38,985 nucleotides of DNA. It comes from an uncultured Gammaproteobacteria bacterium. Lineage in GTDB: Bacteria; Patescibacteriota; Microgenomatia; CAZETR01; Amesbacteraceae. Positions 32,373-38,985 of the stretch are shown here, piece by piece. The notes below the pieces were generated by a model. The model saw nothing but the letters and a program-made list of their open reading frames with translations. It was not told the origin of the DNA and made no database searches. Every line of letters starts with the position of its first letter. The stretch's first letter is position 1. The position numbers were made by a program, and so were the translations under genes. The stretch lies in the NCBI GenBank assembly GCA_964518565.1, contig CAZFGX010000001.1:864568-903552 (forward strand), in the 5' to 3' direction.

Positions 32373-32480
32373 ACAATTAGTATATAATATAGGGTATATC
32401 CAGTACTTCTGTACGGAGCACAAAGCGGCAATTCTTACGTCGCAACCAATTAATTATCTGGCACATAATTCGCATGTCCC

Positions 32481-32954
32481 ATGCCCAGAAAACGCAAAAA
32501 CCCCATCGAAAAACTCTCTATCAAATTGACGGATTGGATGGGTACACCCACCTCTATTTTGATCCACACGCTGGTCTTCATTGCAGCGTTTTTTCTCGTT
32601 CTCGTGGGTGTTTCAGCTGACAAAATCATGTTAGCTCTTACCACAGCCGTATCTCTGGAAGCCATCTATCTGTCTTTGTTTATCCAAATGAGCGTCAATC
32701 GCCAGGCCAAAAGTATCGCCGAAGTCGAACGTGACATCGATGAAATCCAAGAAGATGTCGAAGTCATCGAAGACCTCCAAGACGACGTCCAAGAACTGTC
32801 TCACGATCTCGATGTTCTAGAAGCTGCCGAAAAACAAGAAGAAGTTGGCACCGACGCCGATTTTTCCAAAACGCACACGTCCCTTGCCACTATCGAGTCT
32901 CATATTCTCCAACTCACCCAAGAAGTCCAAGCTCTCAAACAAACGATCAAATAA
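32481..32954 (+). CDS. DUF1003-like membrane protein with acidic coiled-coil tail
   Basis: Two TM helices and LFIQMSVNRQAKSIAE (an MSQNRQ-like motif), followed by a D/E-rich helix. Confidence 0.65.
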   Translation: MPRKRKNPIEKLSIKLTDWMGTPTSILIHTLVFIAAFFLVLVGVSADKIMLALTTAVSLEAIYLSLFIQMSVNRQAKSIAEVERDIDEIQEDVEVIEDLQDDVQELSHDLDVLEAAEKQEEVGTDADFSKTHTSLATIESHILQLTQEVQALKQTIK

Positions 32955-33713
32955 TTACTTCACCGCATCTTTTGCTACTGTTCGAATCGCTTCCTGCACG
33001 GTAGTCATAAACTGGGCTGGGAAAATAATCGTGGAATTTTTCTCGGTGGCAATCTCTCCCATGGTCTGTAGGGTTCGCAGTTGCAGTGCCACTGGATGTT
33101 TGGAAATCATATCTGCCGCCTCTGCCAATTTAGTGGCTGCTTCAAATTCTCCCTGAGCCGCTACAATCTTTGCTCGCCGTTCGCGTTCTGCTTCTGCCTC
33201 CCGCGCCATTGCCCGCTGCATGTTGTCTGGCAAGGTAATATCTTTTATTTCTACTGCTGTCACTTCTACTCCCCAGGGTTCTGTATGTGCATCAATCACA
33301 TTTTTGATCTTGTCATTGATAGTTCCCGTCTTGGACAACAATTCATCCAACACAAACTGCCCCACCACATTACGCACCGTCGTCTGAGAAATCTGATCCA
33401 CTGCTGAATACACACTCTCAATACTAATCACAGATTTTTCCGGATTCACCACTTTGTAATACGCCACCGCCGCAATATTAATAGACACATTGTCTCGAGT
33501 AATAATTTTTTGTGACGGAATTTCCATTGTCACCGTCCGCAAATCCACTGACACCATGCGTTCAAATATGGGAATCAACAGTATCAGTCCTGGCCCCCGC
33601 ACTCCTGCATATCGCCCCAGAAAAAATACCACTCCTCGTTCATATTCCTGCACGACTCGTACACTCAAAAGGAGCAAGATCAAACCAACTATTAACACGC
33701 CAATCAAAAACAT
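32955..33713 (-). CDS. SPFH/band-7 (stomatin-like, slipin) protein
   Basis: N-terminal [18 protein letters not shown], and the Ala/Glu-rich helix [22 protein letters not shown]. Confidence 0.92.
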   Translation of the reverse strand: MFLIGVLIVGLILLLLSVRVVQEYERGVVFFLGRYAGVRGPGLILLIPIFERMVSVDLRTVTMEIPSQKIITRDNVSINIAAVAYYKVVNPEKSVISIESVYSAVDQISQTTVRNVVGQFVLDELLSKTGTINDKIKNVIDAHTEPWGVEVTAVEIKDITLPDNMQRAMAREAEAERERRAKIVAAQGEFEAATKLAEAADMISKHPVALQLRTLQTMGEIATEKNSTIIFPAQFMTTVQEAIRTVAKDAVK

Positions 33714-33720
33714 ATCTTTA

Positions 33721-34779
33721 TTATACTCCTGACATGGTCTGGTACCATCGTCGAATCACATCCGCCGCCGGCCGATATTGCAAATCAGCTCCATACCGAT
33801 CACCAATAATCCGTGAATAATGCCCCATATGTACCCAATAATTCACCCCCACCAAATATTTTTTGGTGGCCAACATTGCCATCATTTCCTCGATCATCTT
33901 CGCCTGAAAATCGTCACTCACTTCCTGATGAATCTGATATCCCCACTCTCCCAACAATATTGGCACATTCCACTGACGATACATTTCATCCAAATCTCGA
34001 CTCATTGCCGCTACCATCTCAGGGATATTATCTTTCTCCCCTATGGTCGCTGTCTGCTCCGGATAGTGATCCACTGTTACCAGACCCAGATGTTGTACAA
34101 ACTCTTTGGTAAATGCATTTTTTACCACCCAACCATTCGTCGAAATCCAATTGGTAAAAATCTGATGTTTCATCCCAATTCCCTCGAATGCTTGATTGGC
34201 TACCAATATCTGGTTCAACACAAAAATTCGGTACTCTTCCCAATTCGCAAACCGCTTCCCCAAACCCACTCCCACCTGCTCTGGTTCCACCGACATAGTA
34301 AATGCATCCCCAGGCTTGAACAAATCTTTATGATCAGCGATAAACTGTCGCGTCTGTTCTAGGTATTGCTCACTGGTCATCCGCGGGACTGCTTTGTCAT
34401 CTCCCTCCCACTCATTCCAGTGACTCCGAAACCACACATGCAGTCCTTGATTATGAATTTCTTCCACCCACATCCGCATTTCCTCCACTCGATCATAAGG
34501 TGTCGCTATTGCTACATAATTCACATTCAAATGCGCCAACATCTGGATCTGCGTCGCGATTGACTCCCGTGGCACATTCGTCCAATGTCTGGACACCACC
34601 TGCGTATCAATAGACCTCACCTTCCACGGCGCCACCACGGCATTTCCCCATGCTGGCTGATCAAAATCTTGATACTCCACCAGTGTCGCCACCGGCGTAT
34701 GCGCCACCTGCCACGCCACCCCACCACCAACACCCAACACAGCTCCATAAGTAAGTAATGATGTAAGTATATGTTTCAT
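33721..34779 (-). CDS. secreted TIM-barrel glycoside-hydrolase-like protein (clan GH-A style)
   Basis: Signal-anchor. Candidate acid/base SHWNEWEG and nucleophile LLGEWGY. Family not resolved. Confidence 0.5.
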   Translation of the reverse strand: MKHILTSLLTYGAVLGVGGGVAWQVAHTPVATLVEYQDFDQPAWGNAVVAPWKVRSIDTQVVSRHWTNVPRESIATQIQMLAHLNVNYVAIATPYDRVEEMRMWVEEIHNQGLHVWFRSHWNEWEGDDKAVPRMTSEQYLEQTRQFIADHKDLFKPGDAFTMSVEPEQVGVGLGKRFANWEEYRIFVLNQILVANQAFEGIGMKHQIFTNWISTNGWVVKNAFTKEFVQHLGLVTVDHYPEQTATIGEKDNIPEMVAAMSRDLDEMYRQWNVPILLGEWGYQIHQEVSDDFQAKMIEEMMAMLATKKYLVGVNYWVHMGHYSRIIGDRYGADLQYRPAADVIRRWYQTMSGV

Positions 34780-34781
34780 AA

Positions 34782-36359
34782 TTATTCCAAACGTTTGTAA
34801 ACATTAGAAAACTTACCTTCATAAATCAACTGATAATGCCCTTCAAAATTTGGATTATTTTTCATATGTTCCCAGACAATATCCCCATCATGCATCACAA
34901 TATATTTGGCGTATGTTCGGGGGTTTTTCATCGACTCTACCCAATACTTCTCTGCCCCTTCGGTAATATAGTTTTTTATCGGCAGTCGAGAAATAAACAA
35001 CAATGCGTCGTGACTCGAAGCCGCCACTAAAATTAATCCATCATTTGCATTTTTATGCACCCATTCACCAATATCATCCAAAAAGTAACCACTCGAACCG
35101 CGAACTCCATCTTGAATAGTAATAATCGAATTAGAAAAAAATACCCAACCAGAGTGAATTCCAACCACCAACATACATAAAATTGCCGCAACTTTTCTTT
35201 TCTCTAATAAAACTGCGATCCCCAATATCATCGCCGGCAATCCCATTAAGCCATAGCGCACATTAAACCAGGTATAAGGAGGTAAATTTGGTAAATGAAT
35301 TACCGACTGTCCTCCATACAAACTCAACACATTAAAAACAATCGCTGAGAACAGCATCAAATAAATAACAAATCTCCGTAAATCTCGAGAGACAATCAGC
35401 TTCAATCCACCTAAAACACCTAGTGTCACCACAGGCAAACCCAAGTTAAACCACATAGACCAAAAATATGTCACAGCTGAAAAACCCATGTTCCCTCGAG
35501 TCAAAAGCCTCCCTGCTTGAAACAACAAATCTTGTTGAGCCTTTGCTGAAAATGGACCATTCATAAAAAAGAGCCAATCTCCAAAAATCATCTTGTTCCA
35601 CAACAACCATAAAGCTATTCCTAAGCCTCCAACAGTAGAAAATAGTAATACTTGGGACTCAATCTTTTTTGAACCTTTAGCAAAAAATGTATATATGCCA
35701 ATAAGACCAGCAGCCATTACGAACAAAAACCATCCATCGTATCGAGTCAGAGTGGCTAAAAATACTCCACAACCAGCCAACACCAACCATTGTGTTCCAT
35801 GATCATTTACCCATCGAGTCAAAAAGTAGACAGTAAACAACATAGTAAATAACATTAATGGTTCTGTCATCGGCGTACTTTGCAAAAACAATAAGTTTTG
35901 GTTCACTGCGAAAATTAAAGTCCCAATAAATGAGGTAAAGTTATCAACTCCCAATCGACGCAAAATTCCAAAAAGCAAAATCGCACTCCCAACATATGCG
36001 ACCATCGACACCAAACTCCCTGCCAAACCAGTACGATATAAAACATCAATATCAATCATTGGCAATGCTAGTACATGCTGCAATGGCAACCACACTGAAC
36101 CCAACTGCGCCAATCCGGGTTGTAGACTATCCACTACCCGTCGTGACACGTTCAAATGGGATCGAGCATCGTTATATGAAAGTGAATATCCGTGAGAATA
36201 ATAGTAAATCCAACTCACTACACTAAAGGCTATTAAGAAAAAAAGCAAAATCCAATTAAACACTCCGGCACGTGCCACTGGAGCATCTGAGCTCAAATGA
36301 AAAAGATTCTCTATCGAAAAAGAAATTGAAGTTGATTTTTTTGTTAATTTAACGCTCAT
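34782..36359 (-). CDS. GT-C fold membrane glycosyltransferase (GT39 / ArnT-PMT-like)
   Basis: About 11 TM. First-loop motif YNDARSHLNVSRR. C-terminal soluble domain of about 130 aa. Confidence 0.62.
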   Translation of the reverse strand: MSVKLTKKSTSISFSIENLFHLSSDAPVARAGVFNWILLFFLIAFSVVSWIYYYSHGYSLSYNDARSHLNVSRRVVDSLQPGLAQLGSVWLPLQHVLALPMIDIDVLYRTGLAGSLVSMVAYVGSAILLFGILRRLGVDNFTSFIGTLIFAVNQNLLFLQSTPMTEPLMLFTMLFTVYFLTRWVNDHGTQWLVLAGCGVFLATLTRYDGWFLFVMAAGLIGIYTFFAKGSKKIESQVLLFSTVGGLGIALWLLWNKMIFGDWLFFMNGPFSAKAQQDLLFQAGRLLTRGNMGFSAVTYFWSMWFNLGLPVVTLGVLGGLKLIVSRDLRRFVIYLMLFSAIVFNVLSLYGGQSVIHLPNLPPYTWFNVRYGLMGLPAMILGIAVLLEKRKVAAILCMLVVGIHSGWVFFSNSIITIQDGVRGSSGYFLDDIGEWVHKNANDGLILVAASSHDALLFISRLPIKNYITEGAEKYWVESMKNPRTYAKYIVMHDGDIVWEHMKNNPNFEGHYQLIYEGKFSNVYKRLE

Positions 36360-37836
36360 GTTTAGAAATAGCTGTCAAAAAATAAAAACATAAAACAAGT
36401 GAAAAAATAACCAAAAACAAAAAATATATTTGACCAGAAATGAAAACATGGAAAAAACTTTTATAAACGAAACTTGATACCTTGTCAGTAAATATCAAAT
36501 GAAAATTTTGCAAGAATGAATAATATTCAACCTGCGATGAAGCAAATTCTGTTGATGGCGGAATTAAGTTGGTTGTTACTGCTCCAGATAAAGCTACTGT
36601 CGAAGAAAAAATATACAAAATGAAAAATAATGTTTTTCTAAACAGATTAATTTTCATCAATAACCATTCAACTGAAAAAATACTCAAAATTGACATGGAT
36701 GGAATAAGATATCGAGGTCCAAAAGCCCATCCTCCCCAAGGATCAGAAAATATTGAATAAACAAATACATTAGCAATAAATGTAAACAGTAAAACATGAC
36801 GGACGGATAATGGTGTTTTAACAACTCTAATTATGTAAAGAATGCCTAATACGAAAATTGGCGAAAAAATGAATAGTCCCTTGTCATAGTCAATCAATAA
36901 AACTTTCAAACCTCTAATTGCAATTTTCAAATTTAAAACATTAATCGGTTTCTTTTTTACAACATTTGCATCAACCAGCGGTTTATCAACAGAATATCTA
37001 GGTAGAAAATTAATAATTTTAGTAGGTGATTTAAAATAATGATTGTTATACAAACCCAAAGTAAGTAATCCACCAAAAACTACTAGAATAACTAAATACA
37101 ACAAATTCGAAAATACAAAATTAATCTCTTTTCGAGACAAGACAATTTTTTCAAATAAATTTGATAACAAATAAAGTAAGCAAGGCAATAAAATAACTAA
37201 ATTTGGATAATCAAGCCATACTCCAAAAAAGTACAATATTGAACCAAGTAACCCCCAAAGAACTTTTCTTTCTGAATCTTTTACCTTATACGCGACATAA
37301 AAAAGCACCATAAGTATGGCAGCCGTAAGTTGATGCTGGTAAATTGTCGTCGCATAATTTATAGCAGTACAGCCAATCCCATACAGCAATACAGCTAAAC
37401 TAGCACCCACCTTTCCCATATTCAAAATCCTCCTCGAATTTAAATAAATAAACGGCATGGTAACAAAACCCAACAAAATCACACTCCAAAAACTTGCAAT
37501 TTGTGAAACTGAAAAAAATCTACCAACTACAAAAAATGGAATCATAAAAAGTGAAATTATTGGTGAAAAATAAATATAAAATTTACCATCAAAATAAAAC
37601 GCATCAGGAGAAGCAATATTGGCGAGCTGTTGTGTTAAAGAAAGAGATTTGTCATTTAAAAAAGACAACATTAACGCATACGGTGCAGTTTCATGAGATG
37701 ATTCAAACGGTGATCCAGCAAATCTAAAACTCCCAATATTTTTCTCATCAACATTCCCCCACACACCTCTAAAAACCAATATATACATAAGCAAAACACT
37801 ACTAAGTGAAAGTAATAAAAAATTATTGAGCTTCAT
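36349..37836 (-). CDS. polytopic membrane protein, probable GT-C-type glycosyltransferase or polymerase
   Basis: At least 12 hydrophobic helices. Low-GC gene. 11-nt and 14-nt overlaps with its neighbours. No family motif identified with confidence. Confidence 0.5.
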   Translation of the reverse strand: MKLNNFLLLSLSSVLLMYILVFRGVWGNVDEKNIGSFRFAGSPFESSHETAPYALMLSFLNDKSLSLTQQLANIASPDAFYFDGKFYIYFSPIISLFMIPFFVVGRFFSVSQIASFWSVILLGFVTMPFIYLNSRRILNMGKVGASLAVLLYGIGCTAINYATTIYQHQLTAAILMVLFYVAYKVKDSERKVLWGLLGSILYFFGVWLDYPNLVILLPCLLYLLSNLFEKIVLSRKEINFVFSNLLYLVILVVFGGLLTLGLYNNHYFKSPTKIINFLPRYSVDKPLVDANVVKKKPINVLNLKIAIRGLKVLLIDYDKGLFIFSPIFVLGILYIIRVVKTPLSVRHVLLFTFIANVFVYSIFSDPWGGWAFGPRYLIPSMSILSIFSVEWLLMKINLFRKTLFFILYIFSSTVALSGAVTTNLIPPSTEFASSQVEYYSFLQNFHLIFTDKVSSFVYKSFFHVFISGQIYFLFLVIFSLVLCFYFLTAISKHER

Positions 37837-38869
37837 GGATAAATTTACTAACTAAATTAGAACTAAATTGATTAAGTTCTGTAAAAGTAGATTTTGAGTA
37901 ATCACGAGCAAGTTCATTTTTTGGACTATAACCAATCGCTAACAAAGGTAACTGATAATGAATAGCTAAAACTTGGGCATGAAATCTCATACCTATCAAT
38001 GCATCAATCTGTAAAAATTGATTTATTAGCTCATCTAAATTCGCACTGGTAGTATTTTTACCAAAAATAACTAATGGGTTGTTCACTAATTTTTTTAATT
38101 CTTCGACAATCAAGCTATCTGAAGGATGAGGTTTCTTTAAAAAAAGTTTAGGTTCAAAATAAAAATTTAAAGGGAGTATGGTTATTTTTTTTGATAAATT
38201 ATTCAATGCATTGGCAAACACATGTAAAAAGCTCTTCCTGTCATGTTGATCTTCAATAAAACGAAGAGATAATCCTAATACAAAATTTTTTCGCAGATTT
38301 TTTTTCTGCTTCTCAGGCAAGTCCAAATTAAAAACTGGGTCAAGAATAAGATTTACCGGCAAGGAAGGTGTCCTCCTCTTTAAAAAAAGGTGTGATGGCT
38401 TATCTCGAACTGAAACATGGTCTGCAATCAAACATGCAGAAATTATTGGCTTCCACAATTCAACTGGGCAAGTTTCATAGATTCCAAATCCATAAAAAAC
38501 AACTTTTTTACCTAAAAATTTAAATAATTTAACCATTGGATAAACAATTCTCGAAAATGGCCCAGCATCTCGACCAAAAAACCCACCCGGTCCAATCACC
38601 AGTACATTAGAACAAATCATTTTCCACACACCTTGCAAAGAAAATGGAGTAACAATATCTCCATCAACAGACACATGCTCTTTCTTTCGAGCAACGATAG
38701 TCAAATAATAGTGAGAATTATTTAAATCGGTAGCAACAGATCGAAGCAATAGTTCATCACCAAAATTTCCGTTTCCAAAATTACCGACCAAAAAAATTCT
38801 TTTAGCTTTTGGTAATAGCTTTTCCAAAACTTGGGATAATAATAATTTTTTATAAATATTCTTTTTCAT
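37823..38869 (-). CDS. polysaccharide pyruvyl transferase family protein (CsaB/WcaK-like)
   Basis: N-terminal FLVGNFGNGNFGDELLL motif, and C-terminal ...LIGMRFHAQVLA... as in the PS_pyruv_trans family. Confidence 0.78.
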   Translation of the reverse strand: MKKNIYKKLLLSQVLEKLLPKAKRIFLVGNFGNGNFGDELLLRSVATDLNNSHYYLTIVARKKEHVSVDGDIVTPFSLQGVWKMICSNVLVIGPGGFFGRDAGPFSRIVYPMVKLFKFLGKKVVFYGFGIYETCPVELWKPIISACLIADHVSVRDKPSHLFLKRRTPSLPVNLILDPVFNLDLPEKQKKNLRKNFVLGLSLRFIEDQHDRKSFLHVFANALNNLSKKITILPLNFYFEPKLFLKKPHPSDSLIVEELKKLVNNPLVIFGKNTTSANLDELINQFLQIDALIGMRFHAQVLAIHYQLPLLAIGYSPKNELARDYSKSTFTELNQFSSNLVSKFIHEAQ

Positions 38870-38872
38870 ATA

Positions 38873-38985
38873 TTAATTAATAGATTTAGTAGTCTCAGCA
38901 GTCTCCCATACGAAAGGGTTATATCCAAGGAAAAACACATCGTAATAACCTAGTGCTCTAGAAAAAAATTCTAGGAAGATTCCAC
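38873..38985 (-). CDS. 3' end of an upstream gene (partial, 37 codons), unknown function
   Basis: Open frame running to the window edge. It ends ...GIFLEFFSRALGYYDVFFLGYNPFVWETAETTKSIN-stop, 3 nt before the pyruvyl transferase ATG. Confidence 0.35.
   Translation of the reverse strand, partial: GIFLEFFSRALGYYDVFFLGYNPFVWETAETTKSIN

Larger units (their letters stand above)
36349..38985. other. low-GC compositional island without GC skew
   Basis: Hand counts per 60 nt inside the island: 36601 G5/C6, 36961 G8/C9, 37501 G7/C7, 38101 G11/C8, 38701 G10/C9. Just outside it: 35581 G5/C18 and 35221 G10/C18. Confidence 0.7.

Noticed and set aside
32388-32418. AT-rich near-palindrome (tatataatata) and a small imperfect hairpin (CCAGTAC-TTCT-GTACGG) in the nuclease/DUF1003 divergent spacer, considered as a riboswitch or operator.
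   Set aside because: The stem is only about 6 bp with a bulge, and no conserved riboswitch motif was recognised. It is more simply explained as overlapping divergent promoter DNA.
1-38985. Searched for tRNA, rRNA, other structured RNAs, CRISPR arrays, IS elements and integrases.
   Set aside because: No non-coding interval exceeds about 110 nt (the largest are 32373-32480 and 15671-15752). I saw no T-loop-like GGTTCGAATCC-type motif outside coding sequence, no spaced direct repeats, and no transposase- or integrase-like ORF. A covariance-model scan would be needed for a definitive negative.
1-38985. Alternative genetic code (UGA recoded, as in some CPR lineages).
   Set aside because: TGA terminates several well-supported genes at the expected protein ends (PBP at 2654-2656, gap at 11547-11549, the HIT gene at 30490-30492). 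Conserved enzymes are full length under the standard code.

Overview
This is a gene-dense window with about 50 protein-coding genes. No non-coding stretch is longer than about 110 nt, and I found no rRNA, tRNA, CRISPR array, transposase or integrase.

Likely source: the content fits a reduced-genome bacterium, most plausibly a Candidate Phyla Radiation/Patescibacteria (Microgenomates-like) lineage. Supporting features are a split transketolase, an archaeal-type TIM, a class I FBA, many GT-C/envelope genes, tiny or negative intergenic distances and many small membrane ORFs. This placement is inference only. TGA terminates well-supported genes, so the standard genetic code applies.

Gene blocks:
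- (i) 0.3-4.8 kb: envelope genes (class A PBP, GT28 glycolipid synthase, beta-lactamase-like hydrolase).
- (ii) 3.8-15.7 kb: one co-directional minus-strand array. It holds most of glycolysis and the non-oxidative pentose-phosphate pathway, plus a LOG-family protein, a cupredoxin and four small membrane ORFs.
- (iii) 16-28 kb: mixed housekeeping genes (UppP, Nramp-like transporter, LUD protein, HxlR regulator, PMM/PGM divergent from alpha-glucan phosphorylase, C39-like peptidase, P-type ATPase, methyltransferase).
- (iv) 28.3-32.4 kb: nucleotide block. folA-thyA converge on a five-gene operon of anchored nuclease, Zn-ribbon, cytidylyltransferase, variant HIT and N-terminally extended dCMP deaminase.
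- (v) 33.7-39 kb: surface-glycan genes. The last 2.6 kb form a low-GC compositional island without GC skew.

Window-wide oddity: C greatly exceeds G on the given strand regardless of gene orientation. Genes on the two strands therefore use near-complementary synonymous codons. The same bias produces the many long spurious plus-strand ORFs in the track.

Best candidates for something new:
- The consolidated pentose/nucleotide-to-triose super-operon (LOG nucleosidase-like gene, PfkB kinase plus class I aldolase, no transaldolase in the array, a cupredoxin at its head, interleaved membrane micro-proteins).
- The nuclease-to-deaminase nucleotide operon.

All functional calls come from motif recognition by eye. 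No database search was run.
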